Shown here piece after piece: positions 1 through 10,871 of a stretch of 64,000 nt of DNA. Within the stretch, counting starts at the first letter, position 1. Each line of letters starts with the position of its first letter. Below the pieces are notes generated by a model, which did no database searches, was not told where the DNA came from, and worked only from the letters and a program-made list of their open reading frames with translations. Position numbers and translations under genes: made by a program. This DNA comes from Methanobacteriota archaeon (lineage in GTDB: Archaea; Thermoplasmatota; Poseidoniia; Poseidoniales; Poseidoniaceae): contig JABJMO010000064.1 in assembly GCA_018659375.1 (NCBI GenBank), positions 3,876 to 67,875 on the forward strand, written 5' to 3'.

Positions 1-3000
1 CTCCAGTAACTGAACCTATGAAATCATCTTGACCAATTTCGTGATAAAGATTTTCAGAAATAGGAACATCCTGATCTGTAAGAGTTGGAGAGATCATTTC
101 TTTTCCATCTAGATTAGAACGGAAATCTAACCTCATATCGTTTTCATATATCCATGTTTGACGGAATGAACTTTCAGAAAAGACTGGAGAGTTATCTAAA
201 TCTTTTATCTGGAAAGATGGTGTGTACTCGCCAACTAATGGTAATCCCCAATCAAACGAAATAGGAACAGTAATTATGAAATTTGGTTCAAATGGGTCAA
301 GAAGTGTATTGTCATCAATTGTCCTAATAGTGGCTCTTGACTCGCCTTGTGAATTTTCTAAGATGGAAAACATGTTGCTGTTTGTCCAGGCAGTTTGATT
401 TCTAGGATAATATGTTATTTTTGAATCGTAGTTTGTTTCTTGAGGTGCCAGCGTGAATTCTACAAAGTCCACGTCTCTCCATCCGTTTCCATCCTCTGCA
501 TCGATGATGATGTTGTATTCATTACCAGCAAACATAGTTTGGTTCCAAACACCGACTCCTTCGGGAGGATTTGACGGAATATTTTCAATCATGCCGGTGC
601 CAAAAGAATCTTCAATCTTAAGAGAGTTAATCGTCGGGTACTCAAGGTCCATACTGACGTATGTCACATAGTCATTATCAAATCCGGGGCTGCCCCCATC
701 TACTGAATTGCCTGCTAAATCGTAACATTCTATCCATAAACTGACCTTACCTTTTAGACCAGAATTGGCAAAATCGTTGTAAGTTCCAGAAAAAGTGGCA
801 TTTTGTGAGTCAACGCTTACAGTGGTGCCAATTTGAACATATTCTGAACTCTCCGGTAGGCCGTTGGAATTTGAGTCGTGGTCATACTGGACCCAAACAT
901 GCATAACGCCAGATTCAGGAGGAGTTGGAATGTCGCTAACTGTAAACCGGAAGTCTTGCGACAGTTTTGGAGTAGCCCAGGAATCGTCGAATACTTGTCT
1001 CCAGTTGTCGTCCGAATTTATGTCACCTTCGCCAGAGTTTCGTTTGTATAATTCTACAGACTTTAGGTTTGGATCTAGTATATCGATAGACAAGTTGAAT
1101 TGTATCCCACAATCAGAATCTGGAGAGTATTCCGATGGAGGGCAAATGATATCCCCACCTTCGTAACCAACCATTCTGAAACGGTAGGTTTCTGAACCAG
1201 ATGCAAACAAGCCTAAATTCACATTCCAATCAAAATATCCGTTTATTACGCCGCTTCTGTTGGCAATCTCCGACCAAGTAATGTTGGTAAATTCGCCATC
1301 GATTTCCAAACCTCGCTCTTCTACCACAAGATAGTATAATGTTGGATCTGGAGATGCTTGGACATTTTCAAATGAAACATTACCCTCTAGTCTTATGTCT
1401 TGGTTTGAATATGCTTCAGCCAAATCTTGTAACTCTCCTGCGGTGTTAAACAGGGTAAAGTTATTTACTAAAACATCATTTTCAACAGCATTGCTGGAAA
1501 TTGGTGAAAGGAGTTTACCGGACAACATTCCAATAATTCCATTATCAGCAACTGATTCAGATAAAATCACCACACTGGACTCGTCATCCCAGTTTGAATT
1601 AATAGTAAACTTCCAAGATACTTGTTTACCCCCATTGTCACCTAGTGAAGTGACTGAGGAAGATGGATGAATGGAAATATAATCATTCTCATCACCTAAC
1701 TCGTAAAACCCAGAAAGTACATCATATCCGAGGTATAAGGAGCCAAAATCCCCTTTGAATTTAATCCTACAATCATCTAAATTAGCACCTGTTGAAGGAT
1801 CTACTTCATGAGTGGTAGTTATGCTGTAAATCTCACCAGTTGCGTATAATCCGTCGTAGGGAGCGTTCCATGTGAGCGTAGAATCATAGCCCTGTTGAGA
1901 AATAATAGAGAGATTTGAAAATCCAAGTTTGCCCCCTTCAGCAGATTCCACGGTAACTGGGATATATGTGTTGGATGATTGAATTTGGCCTAAACCCTGA
2001 TTAGAGGTAGCAACATATTCTTTCAGGTAATCTGAGAATCCAGAACTTATGGTGGCGTTATATTGATAAACAATCCGTAACCTTTCTAATTCAACAGACC
2101 CGCCGTTATTGGTATCTGTTTGTGTGACTCTAAACCCTATTCTAACCCAATCAATACCACTTTCATCGGTTTTTATTGAAGGAGTAGTCGGATCAGACAG
2201 AATTGTATTTAGAAATATCTTGGATTTGTTTCGGGAATTCATGGCATCATAGAGGCTAAAGTCTTCTTCGTTTGGTGTCAGAGTTAACGGGATTTGATCT
2301 GCCCCTACTATCAAATCAAGGTAAAAACCTTCGGTGGAACTGTTGGTGTTGAATATCGAATTGTCAGTTAATCTCACATCAAAGAATGATGCTTGACTAT
2401 ATTTGGGAAGCAAAAAGAAGCCCCCCACCTCTGTGCCAGTGACTGAATCAATGGTTATTTTGGAATTGATATTTTCTTGACTAATCCCATTTATCTCACC
2501 ATTGTAAAATTTTGTCTGATAACCAAATTTACCAAACCCGGGTTGGTCAAAGACCCATTCTGCTTCACTGTCATCAGTAAAATCCACAGATAAATCAGAT
2601 AAATGGTGGCCAAAACTTAGTTCTAACCAAATATTGGTGATAGTACAATCTGTCTGAAAGGGTATTTTGATGGAGAATTCGAATATCGGGGCTTCAAATT
2701 CATAACCAATATTCTCCTGCAGTATAATTGATGAAGGATTGAAAGGAGAGTATAGTTCAAAAGAAGTGCCGCAGTTTTTGAAGCCTGATAATGTTAAGCC
2801 ATAGATTGGTTTGGAAAACTCACCTAAGCTATTTTGTTGGATTAAGTTCGTGCTATTGATGTAGTAATCATAACCGTTAACATTGATATATTCAATCTGA
2901 CCTTCTGTAACATTAAAGTCTCTTACTAAGTTTAGGTCGTTGAACGTAACACCCATCTCAGTTCCTAAGATATAACCATAGAACACTGGAGTTGAGATTT

Positions 3001-4411
3001 TATTCGATCCCGAATTAAATGTTATTTCAAGATCAATATATGGATTGTCATCTACGTCTACGCCCCATAATTCAATGACTGGCCCTTGTAGATCTTGATA
3101 TATTACTCCATCATTTGAAGTAACTACTAATCCGGTAATCGAATTTCTGATGGTATAACTTAGGGTAGATTCTGCTGGTTCAAACGTATCCACATACAAG
3201 ATGCCGTAGCCGTTAGGCGATTTATCGGAATAATTTGACTCAGGCATAATATTGGCAATCACCATTACAGACTCCTGTTCATATGATTCCCCGATACTTA
3301 CGTCATCTATGTACCAACCAGGTGTAGGGAATTGAGCCACTTGACCCGGCGCATCTGCTCTGGATAGCACGAAACTTACTTTCACATATTTCCCTAAGTA
3401 TGGGGCTAGATTACTTACGATTGTGGCCCAACCATCAGTATTTTGTGGATTTATTGAACTACCTGCTAAGCCGAATTGGTTACTTGTTATCGCACCACAT
3501 TCAGGTGAGATTCTATTGGCTGAAGCAGAATTTGCGTCTTTTGAGTAAAGTCCATTACCTGCGTTGATGCCGCTTACGCCAGTCAATGGCAGATTTATAT
3601 TCAGCATCTCATCAACTTCTTCCCCGTTAAACAGCCCCGTGCTAGAATACGAGATTTCAAGATAAGCACAATCATCATAATAATAATAGCCGCCGCCATT
3701 TGGATTAAACTTAGTCTCTAGTTGATGCCAAGAAGAAAAACGGAGGTATGTGTCATTGAGTGCGCTATCAAGGTAGGTAACCGGAGTTGTAAGACGATAT
3801 TCGTGAGCATCGATACCTCCTCCAAGGCCAGTATCAAGATCGTTAGTGTAATCATCATCAAAGATGGAAGTACCCCAACACATATCTCCTGATGCACAAT
3901 TATCTGGCCCTCCTTTTAGGGTTTTAAACGGGATTTTTCCAAAATCCCATGCAATTGGTGTTCCGTCATCCTGACCCCAAAAGGAGGTATTATCAAAATT
4001 CGAACCATTAATTTCAAAATCACTGATTAATGATTCTGAGTTTAGTTGTACTGTATTATAATTAGAGTCTTTGTTGAATATAAAATCATCGACAGTGGAA
4101 AATGAAGTCGCACCATTATTCAGACTTGGGTCCCAAGAAGATTTTATTATTTGATCATAACCAAAATCAGTAGAATGAGTTAATGGATTTGAACTGATAT
4201 CTATCGATGCTGCAGTTATCGTCTCATCATTTGGCACGTAAAATCCTCCATCGGTAGTATTAATCGAATTTACCCCATCTTTGAATTCGATAGTAACTTC
4301 TGATGACCCATCGGCAAATGTAGTCACTGTATTAGCTGCTGCAAACGGGGTTAGAATCATTAACAAAGTCAAAAAAAGTGAAGTTTTTATCTGGTTTTTC
4401 TCAATCGCCAT
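1..4411 (-). CDS. Very large secreted/cell-surface protein (>1470 aa), truncated at window start
   Basis: Absent from the ORF track, presumably because no stop falls inside the window. ATG at 4411 gives MAIEKNQIKTSLFLTLLMILTPFAAANTVTTFADG (signal peptide). Acidic, Ser/Thr/Asn-rich, with WDFG..CWGT, LRFSSWHQLE and PGWYIDDV motifs typical of extracellular beta-sandwich (MAM/immune-inhibitor-A-like) modules. Confidence 0.8.
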   Translation of the reverse strand, partial: MAIEKNQIKTSLFLTLLMILTPFAAANTVTTFADGSSEVTIEFKDGVNSINTTDGGFYVPNDETITAASIDISSNPLTHSTDFGYDQIIKSSWDPSLNNGATSFSTVDDFIFNKDSNYNTVQLNSESLISDFEINGSNFDNTSFWGQDDGTPIAWDFGKIPFKTLKGGPDNCASGDMCWGTSIFDDDYTNDLDTGLGGGIDAHEYRLTTPVTYLDSALNDTYLRFSSWHQLETKFNPNGGGYYYYDDCAYLEISYSSTGLFNGEEVDEMLNINLPLTGVSGINAGNGLYSKDANSASANRISPECGAITSNQFGLAGSSINPQNTDGWATIVSNLAPYLGKYVKVSFVLSRADAPGQVAQFPTPGWYIDDVSIGESYEQESVMVIANIMPESNYSDKSPNGYGILYVDTFEPAESTLSYTIRNSITGLVVTSNDGVIYQDLQGPVIELWGVDVDDNPYIDLEITFNSGSNKISTPVFYGYILGTEMGVTFNDLNLVRDFNVTEGQIEYINVNGYDYYINSTNLIQQNSLGEFSKPIYGLTLSGFKNCGTSFELYSPFNPSSIILQENIGYEFEAPIFEFSIKIPFQTDCTITNIWLELSFGHHLSDLSVDFTDDSEAEWVFDQPGFGKFGYQTKFYNGEINGISQENINSKITIDSVTGTEVGGFFLLPKYSQASFFDVRLTDNSIFNTNSSTEGFYLDLIVGADQIPLTLTPNEEDFSLYDAMNSRNKSKIFLNTILSDPTTPSIKTDESGIDWVRIGFRVTQTDTNNGGSVELERLRIVYQYNATISSGFSDYLKEYVATSNQGLGQIQSSNTYIPVTVESAEGGKLGFSNLSIISQQGYDSTLTWNAPYDGLYATGEIYSITTTHEVDPSTGANLDDCRIKFKGDFGSLYLGYDVLSGFYELGDENDYISIHPSSSVTSLGDNGGKQVSWKFTINSNWDDESSVVILSESVADNGIIGMLSGKLLSPISSNAVENDVLVNNFTLFNTAGELQDLAEAYSNQDIRLEGNVSFENVQASPDPTLYYLVVEERGLEIDGEFTNITWSEIANRSGVINGYFDWNVNLGLFASGSETYRFRMVGYEGGDIICPPSEYSPDSDCGIQFNLSIDILDPNLKSVELYKRNSGEGDINSDDNWRQVFDDSWATPKLSQDFRFTVSDIPTPPESGVMHVWVQYDHDSNSNGLPESSEYVQIGTTVSVDSQNATFSGTYNDFANSGLKGKVSLWIECYDLAGNSVDGGSPGFDNDYVTYVSMDLEYPTINSLKIEDSFGTGMIENIPSNPPEGVGVWNQTMFAGNEYNIIIDAEDGNGWRDVDFVEFTLAPQETNYDSKITYYPRNQTAWTNSNMFSILENSQGESRATIRTIDDNTLLDPFEPNFIITVPISFDWGLPLVGEYTPSFQIKDLDNSPVFSESSFRQTWIYENDMRLDFRSNLDGKEMISPTLTDQDVPISENLYHEIGQDDFIGSVTG

Positions 4412-4734
4412 GTTATCGCCTGCCCACTACCAAAGCGTCCATCACTAAAATCCATCGCTTTTTCGAGTAATAAAGGCTCATATCGTAATTATTGATTTAG
4501 TACAATTACAAATTGCTGTTATAGAGATTGTTTCCTCTTTAAGTTAACATAAACAAACTGTTTCTACCTGATATAGAAGCGTAATCGCCACTCGCAGAAA
4601 CCGTTCTGTTCGACCCCATAGCATTGCAAATTTTCAATATCTGCCAATTCTAGTAAAAACATGATGTCACTAAACCACATGATGAAACCTATTTCATGGC
4701 GTGACTTCTTGAAGTAGAAACTATTGCCTTTGCC

Positions 4735-5190
4735 ATGGAACCTTATTCCAAAGAGCCTGTCACGCTAATTGAGCACGTTTTTCCAGGAGACACCAATGAT
4801 CATGATACCTTATTTGGTGGGAAACTATTGTCGATAATGGATAAAGCTGGAGGAATATCATGTTCTAAATTCGCCCATCGCGAATTTGTCACTATTTCCA
4901 TTGATACACTGAAATTTATCGCCCCTGCTAGACAGGGTGATTTGCTTGAGGTGACTGGCCAGGTAGTCTACACTAGCACTCACACCGCATGCTCAAAAGT
5001 AACTGCTTTTGCCGTAAGTAAAGCAACATGGGAAAAGAAGAAAATCTGTGAAGGATACTTTTTCTTTGTTGCGATCGATTCAATGATGCGGCCAATACCA
5101 ATACCGCAATTTGTTGTCGAAAATGATGATGAACAAATTGAATGGAACAAAGCAAAGCGGATAAGAAGTAACATGGTTGGCCAGAAGTAA
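4735..5190 (+). CDS. Acyl-CoA thioesterase (hotdog fold, YciA-like)
   Basis: VFPGDTNDHDTLFGGKLLSIMD motif; FVAID..RPIPIP C-terminus. Confidence 0.9.
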   Translation: MEPYSKEPVTLIEHVFPGDTNDHDTLFGGKLLSIMDKAGGISCSKFAHREFVTISIDTLKFIAPARQGDLLEVTGQVVYTSTHTACSKVTAFAVSKATWEKKKICEGYFFFVAIDSMMRPIPIPQFVVENDDEQIEWNKAKRIRSNMVGQK

Positions 5191-5237
5191 TTGGTAATAG
5201 CCCGTAAATTCATTTGAAGGTGCTCGGTGGGATAGAC

Positions 5238-6260
5238 ATGACTGTATTGAATGTGGCAATGTTTGGTAGTGATGAATTAGCCAAAGATGTTGCTAAAGCA
5301 ACAGACCAAAGGGATGTTCATACTTATGTTCACAAAGAGTTAACCGATGGGGAAGCAAAAATCATCTCAATAATTAGACCTGCAAAATTTCCTGAACGCT
5401 TACGTCCATTATTGAATGCAATTTCAGCAGGCAGAGTAGGCCTAATAGAAATAAACGAAATTGATGCAACTCTAGGGGAGGTAATAGTTGCCTTTGCTAG
5501 CTCCAGTATCAAGCGAGGAATTGCAGTTATTAGACCGTTAGATGGTGGATGGGTTGACCAAGACATGGTTGAGAAAATGTTTATGCAAGCAGGATTGGAT
5601 GGCTGGCAATTTATGCAACCTGATGGACTAGAAATTAGAAACCAACTTTACGCATTGATGGACGAGATTAATGATGAGTTAATCCAATCTGCACAATCAC
5701 CGTTAGTCGTTAGTATCGACCAATATTTCAATGTCAAAGGCATTGGACTAGTTGCGATTGGTTACGTTCAATGTGGTACCCTGAAAGTTCATGATGAATT
5801 GCACATCTTACCGGCCAAAGGTAATGGAAGTACAAAATCACTGCAAGTAATGGATGATGACGTAGCTGAGGCTCGTTCAGGAGACAGAGTCGGAATCGCC
5901 TTGAGAAATGCCAAAGAAGAATCACTTAGTAACGGATCAATCATCGTGAAGCCGGCGCTGATAGATAAAAAAACCAATACTGACATTCCATTGTCGGTAA
6001 TTGAACACAAGTCATCTAGGCTAAAATTATCAACTTCTCCGTTTCAAAAACGCCAACTAGTCGAAGGTGACGTAATACATGTCAGCCTAGACTTACAGTT
6101 TATTGTTGGAAGAATCAAATCAGTCGATGGAGATGATTTGATTGTTGAATGGGAATCTCCCCTTTATGTTAGGAGAGATAACCAAGAACAAGCAATTATT
6201 TCTCAATTGGACTCAAAACCAAGAATTATCGGTTCGGCTGAACTACATCAAAATCAATAA
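5238..6260 (+). CDS. Archaeal SelB-like (SelBL) EF-Tu domain-II protein with degenerate G-domain
   Basis: IDQYFNVKGIGLVAIGYV and KSLQVMDDDV..A.SGDRVGIAL match EF-Tu/SelB domain II; no intact P-loop. Start moved to ATG 5238. Confidence 0.8.
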   Translation: MTVLNVAMFGSDELAKDVAKATDQRDVHTYVHKELTDGEAKIISIIRPAKFPERLRPLLNAISAGRVGLIEINEIDATLGEVIVAFASSSIKRGIAVIRPLDGGWVDQDMVEKMFMQAGLDGWQFMQPDGLEIRNQLYALMDEINDELIQSAQSPLVVSIDQYFNVKGIGLVAIGYVQCGTLKVHDELHILPAKGNGSTKSLQVMDDDVAEARSGDRVGIALRNAKEESLSNGSIIVKPALIDKKTNTDIPLSVIEHKSSRLKLSTSPFQKRQLVEGDVIHVSLDLQFIVGRIKSVDGDDLIVEWESPLYVRRDNQEQAIISQLDSKPRIIGSAELHQNQ

Positions 6261-6352
6261 TTCGGCCAAAATTAACCACCCAAAATAACGGGTTTTATTG
6301 GAGTAAATTTGCGGTGGTTTGATAACCTAGACAATATGCTTGGAATATTGGG

Positions 6353-7954
6353 ATGCACTCTTCTAGCCGCGTAGCATATTCATCAACTGAGTCAAATGAT
6401 GTCAAAATCGACTCATTATACCTTGATGGAGCCGTAGGCAAAGTAGTTGCAACTATCGATGAGAGAATGTTAAGTTTGGAAACCAGAACTGGACATGCAT
6501 TGGACATAAAGTTACATTCAATTAACCGAGTGCATCACCATCATACAAGATTAGTTCCCGGCTACTTTGCCGCCGCAGGACTTGCGTTAATTTGGTCTAG
6601 TATCCGCATATTCTCTAGCCCAATGGTGCAAGCAGCAACCATGCTTTCGGGCATCGGTTTGATAATAGGATGGGCGGTAACTCGAAAACCCACATTGACT
6701 ATTGACACAGAAGTTGGTGATTGTCACGTGATCACCGGCAATGATTTTTCGTTACTAAAAGTAAACACAATTCTAATGAAACTACAACGTGGGTTCTCAC
6801 TCAGCGATGCTGTTGATGGATTGGAATTGCTTGAAGGAGACACCAACTATCCCAGGAATTCTTCACTTGAGCAACATGAAGTCCCAGTCAGCGTTGTCGA
6901 AGTAAGTAGACCTGAATCAATCGCTAGCTTTCTTTCGACCGACCTTGCTGAATCAGTAACAACAGAGGCTGAGCCGGGTTTTTCACTTGATGCTGGATTA
7001 TTTGACTTTGATATGCCAGTACAATCAAGCCCAGAATCAGCACCATCTTGGTTAAATCAGCCCGCTCGCCCGAATGTTCAAAATACTCATGCCGGCGATG
7101 CACTAATTCAAAGAGGCATCAATAATGTCACTGATAGAAGACAACGCCAAAGTAGAGAATCTATGCCAATGGTCCCTGCTTTAGATATCGATCTAACAAC
7201 CGTGCCAACTCACCAGAACAATGCCGTGCCAAATCGTGGCATTCTAGGTCAAAGCGAAAATTACAACTTAGAAGCAGGTCCTGCACCTATGCCAGAACTA
7301 TTACCAAGTTTTTGGAACCGAGATGGCTATCACAATCCCAATGAGCAAAGTACTGATATTCATCAAGACGGAGTATCTGCTTTTTCATCCCCTGACCAAT
7401 TACTCGGCAATATTGACGAGAATGGCGAGGTGGTAGAATCACTTGTCGCCACTGCCAGAAGAGCATCACAATCAACGAGGCCGCAGACATCTCAAGACAA
7501 AACTGGTATTAACTCAAAAACAACCTTGTTGAGAAGAAAAGCACCACTAAAAAATTCTAGACTTATTAAGAAGAAAAGTCAAACTGGAGTACGAGAATCT
7601 TTGAGAAATAGACTAGTCCCATCCCAAATTAGAGAAGTAGTTAGTTCAGTATCCAACCGTATTCTTAGCAGCCTAGAGCAAGGAGTTCAAGCCAATTCGC
7701 TAAGAGAACGCTCTGATGAAGCAATGGAGCAAGAATTAGCGTCATTCAGCAACTTAGCAAAGGAAGGCTTGCTGCCCGATGAAAAGGTAAGGGAACTTGA
7801 AGAAACAACTCGAAGAAGAAAGGCGATTATAGAGCAAAATCAACAAGAATTAGCCGAAAGTGATGGCCAATTTTCTTGGCAAGAATTGGTTGATTCTGAA
7901 GACCATCACAGTTCTACTGCCGGCAAAGGTGGACTGCCAAGAATAGATTTGTGA
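6353..7954 (+). CDS. Hypothetical membrane protein (N-terminal PH-like region, 2 TM, long disordered tail)
   Basis: 533-aa ORF; hydrophobic hairpin near residues 70-110; low-complexity C-terminal region. Confidence 0.65.
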   Translation: MHSSSRVAYSSTESNDVKIDSLYLDGAVGKVVATIDERMLSLETRTGHALDIKLHSINRVHHHHTRLVPGYFAAAGLALIWSSIRIFSSPMVQAATMLSGIGLIIGWAVTRKPTLTIDTEVGDCHVITGNDFSLLKVNTILMKLQRGFSLSDAVDGLELLEGDTNYPRNSSLEQHEVPVSVVEVSRPESIASFLSTDLAESVTTEAEPGFSLDAGLFDFDMPVQSSPESAPSWLNQPARPNVQNTHAGDALIQRGINNVTDRRQRQSRESMPMVPALDIDLTTVPTHQNNAVPNRGILGQSENYNLEAGPAPMPELLPSFWNRDGYHNPNEQSTDIHQDGVSAFSSPDQLLGNIDENGEVVESLVATARRASQSTRPQTSQDKTGINSKTTLLRRKAPLKNSRLIKKKSQTGVRESLRNRLVPSQIREVVSSVSNRILSSLEQGVQANSLRERSDEAMEQELASFSNLAKEGLLPDEKVRELEETTRRRKAIIEQNQQELAESDGQFSWQELVDSEDHHSSTAGKGGLPRIDL

Positions 7955-8875
7955 CTACCCAACAATTGCTCTAAACTGTGATAACCTTTCTTCGAATAAG
8001 TCATTATCCAACGATAACAAACCACTGGTTCCAAAGGATTCCAATGTGAAACTAGCAGTTACTGTGGCCCTTACTAACGCCTCTCTTAGCTCATCCCTAG
8101 AGACATCTCCCGAACCCGATGCCAGATATGCAGCAATTGTGCCAGCAAAGGAATCCCCACAGCCAGTAGGGTCGACCACTAATTCGGTTGGATAGGCTGG
8201 CAGAGCAATCATCCCACCTTGATGAAAAGCAATTACACCGTGTTCGCCTTTCTTTATTACTAAACTATTACAATCTACCATGGAGATTAATTTCTTTGCT
8301 GCTCTTACCAAGTTATCGTCATCCGCTAACATCTTTACTTCTCCATCATTGATTATTATCAAATCAACACTCTTCATAACCGAAAGCAAATCATCCCGAG
8401 CAATCTCAATCCACAGATTCATAGAATCAAGCATAGAGAGTCGTTTACCATGGGCTTGTTTCAATACTTGTGCTTGTAAGGCTGGAACAAGGTTAGCACA
8501 GAATAACACTGTTGGTTCTGTTGATGATTCTGGTACTTTAGGATTAAAGTCGCCAAATACATTCAAGTGCGTATCGTGGGTTTCTGCAACGCCCATATCT
8601 CCATGATAAGAGCCCTCCCAGCGGAAGGTTTTGCCATCAGCAATTTCAAGTCCAGATAAGTCCAAGCCTTGATTCTCTAACATCTCGATATCTGATTCTA
8701 AAAAATCTTTACCAACAACGCCGACTAAGCCTATTTTTGATAAGTTGAGATAATTTGCATGGAAACGGCTAGCAATCCCTGCATATACTGCTGAGCCACC
8801 AAGTGCATCCTCGACCTTACCCGCTGGAGAACTTACGCTATCATAGGCAATACTGCCAACCATCAATACATCCAT
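7955..8875 (-). CDS. PfkB/ribokinase-family sugar or nucleoside kinase
   Basis: GSIAYD, LGGSAVY and DPTGCGDSFAG signatures. Confidence 0.9.
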   Translation of the reverse strand: MDVLMVGSIAYDSVSSPAGKVEDALGGSAVYAGIASRFHANYLNLSKIGLVGVVGKDFLESDIEMLENQGLDLSGLEIADGKTFRWEGSYHGDMGVAETHDTHLNVFGDFNPKVPESSTEPTVLFCANLVPALQAQVLKQAHGKRLSMLDSMNLWIEIARDDLLSVMKSVDLIIINDGEVKMLADDDNLVRAAKKLISMVDCNSLVIKKGEHGVIAFHQGGMIALPAYPTELVVDPTGCGDSFAGTIAAYLASGSGDVSRDELREALVRATVTASFTLESFGTSGLLSLDNDLFEERLSQFRAIVG

Positions 8876-8884
8876 AGTATCACC

Positions 8885-10225
8885 CTAACCAAGTAACTCC
8901 TGATGGTTATCGATATATTGTATGGTAATATCACCATTGATGAAATCTTTTTCATCCATAATTCTTCGATGTAATGGTACCAAGTGTTGTACTCCAGTGA
9001 TCTGTGTTTCATCCAGTGCTGTTCGCATTCTTCTAATTGCGTCTTCTCTATCTCTGCCCCAAGTTAGTAACTTCGCTAGTAATGAATCAAAACAACCAGG
9101 CATTTCGTATCCTGGATGTGCATGTGTATCACATCTAACCCCAAAACCGGAGGGGAAATGGCAATCCCACAACCTACCTGGGCTAGGCACGAAATCTTTG
9201 GGGTCTTCAGCATTTAATCGGCACTGAATCGCATGACCTCGCCATGTAATATCCGCTTGCTTAAGTGGCAGATCTTCACCTTGTGCAACCCTTATGCCCA
9301 GTTCAACTAGATTATATCCGGTTAAGAGTTCAGTAACTGTATGTTCTACCTGAACCCTTGGATTAACCTCTAAAAAGTAAAAGTCACCATTGGCATCTCG
9401 TAAAAATTCGAATGTTGCCAGACCTTTGTAGCCAACTGATTCTGCACCCCGGCAGACTAAATCGCCAATTTCTGCCCGCTTATCTTCTGATAACCATGGC
9501 CCTTCTTCAACCAGTTTCTGATGTCGCCTTTGAATCGAACAAAAACGTTCACCAAAATGTATGGCGTTTTTACCGTCACCAAGCACTTGGAATTCTACGT
9601 GTTGAGCACCTTGAATATACTTTTCAACAAAAACTCGCTCATCACCAAAGGCTGATTTAGCCCTCGACATGCATAATTTCAGCGCACTGGCAAATTGTGA
9701 TTCCTCATCGACAATTTGCATACCAATTCCACCGCCACCTGCTGCAGCTTTAATTATCACTGGATAACCGATATCCTTTGCCAGATTATCGGCAACTTTT
9801 GCGTCTGAAATTGGCTCTGAGGACCCTTTAGCAACCGGTAGACCTGCTGCTTCCATTGCGGCTCTTGCTTCGATTTTATCACCAAGTAAAGAAATAACTT
9901 CACTGGATGGGCCAATAAAAGTAATACCTTCCTCGGTCAATCGCTTGACAAAATGTGAATTTTCGGCTAAAAAGCCGTAACCTGGATGTACTGCATCGCA
10001 TTCCAATTCTTTTGCGGCTGTGATTACTGACTCAATATCTAAGTAAGAATCTAGCGGATTTGTGCAATAATTTGGATATGCAACGTCTGACATCATTACA
10101 GGTAGAGATAACCGGTCTTCTTTGCCATGGATAATCGCAGCCTCGATACCCATATCGCGAAGTGTTCGCAATATTCTGAGGGCTATTTCTCCCCGATTCG
10201 CTATCAAGACCCTCTTGAATCCCAT
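8885..10225 (-). CDS. accC: Biotin carboxylase subunit (acyl-CoA/pyruvate carboxylase)
   Basis: VLIANRGEIA, HPGYGFLAEN, CSIQRRHQKLVEE, FLEVNPRVQVEH. Confidence 0.92.
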   Translation of the reverse strand: MGFKRVLIANRGEIALRILRTLRDMGIEAAIIHGKEDRLSLPVMMSDVAYPNYCTNPLDSYLDIESVITAAKELECDAVHPGYGFLAENSHFVKRLTEEGITFIGPSSEVISLLGDKIEARAAMEAAGLPVAKGSSEPISDAKVADNLAKDIGYPVIIKAAAGGGGIGMQIVDEESQFASALKLCMSRAKSAFGDERVFVEKYIQGAQHVEFQVLGDGKNAIHFGERFCSIQRRHQKLVEEGPWLSEDKRAEIGDLVCRGAESVGYKGLATFEFLRDANGDFYFLEVNPRVQVEHTVTELLTGYNLVELGIRVAQGEDLPLKQADITWRGHAIQCRLNAEDPKDFVPSPGRLWDCHFPSGFGVRCDTHAHPGYEMPGCFDSLLAKLLTWGRDREDAIRRMRTALDETQITGVQHLVPLHRRIMDEKDFINGDITIQYIDNHQELLG

Positions 10226-10405
10226 AACCCGAGGTAAACCAAGACAATCTATGAGTGAAACGGTTGTTTAAGATTGCTAACCTACTGTTTAGAAAGTCCC
10301 GATTTCGGCGTAATATACTGGCAAATGGTAAAAAAAAAGCCTAATAATCCGGAAAAGTTTATTTTTGTAGCATATCTTGATAACCTATTAGTATGATGGT
10401 ACATT

Positions 10406-10864
10406 ATGTCGAACGATGATAAAACCGGTGCCCAAATTGTCGCCGAATATGGCGGTAAAGATTTGAATAGAGATGGTCGAGTAATCAATTTGGTAGTTTG
10501 CGGTAATTCCAAATTTTACGATTATTCATGGCTTGAAAACGAACTTGATGAATGGGTGGAGCAGTATGCATATCCGGATATGATTATCATCGGTGGAGCC
10601 AGTGGAGTTGATTACCTTGCTGAACGTTGGGCAGACAACCAACATATTCCACTAGCCGTATACAATGAGGCTTGGCAAAGCCCTCGCCCGAAATCTGAGC
10701 AAGATAGTGGCAGACCAGAAGCAGTTGCTACTTTAGCTAAAGAAATGTTAGAACATGCGACCCATATGCTAGCCTTCCCTGGGAAGGATTCTGTTTGGAC
10801 AAAGCGAATGATAGAAATGGCCAATAAGCATGGTGTCCCAGTGAAACAGGTACAGTTACCCTAG
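10406..10864 (+). CDS. SLOG-superfamily protein (YspA/DUF2493-like)
   Basis: VVCGNSKFYDY, IIGGASGVDYLAERWA, LAFPG...TKRMIEMA. Confidence 0.75.
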   Translation: MSNDDKTGAQIVAEYGGKDLNRDGRVINLVVCGNSKFYDYSWLENELDEWVEQYAYPDMIIIGGASGVDYLAERWADNQHIPLAVYNEAWQSPRPKSEQDSGRPEAVATLAKEMLEHATHMLAFPGKDSVWTKRMIEMANKHGVPVKQVQLP

Positions 10865-10871
10865 TAAGAGT

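Noticed and set aside
453-1670. Short plus-strand ORFs (and similar antisense ORFs throughout the track)
   Set aside because: They are shadows of long genes on the opposite strand.
4655-4715. C/D box sRNA (ATGATGA at ~4679, duplicated CATGATG, gtcac/gtgac stem)
   Set aside because: No properly placed CUGA D/D' boxes; more plausibly promoter sequence between divergent genes.
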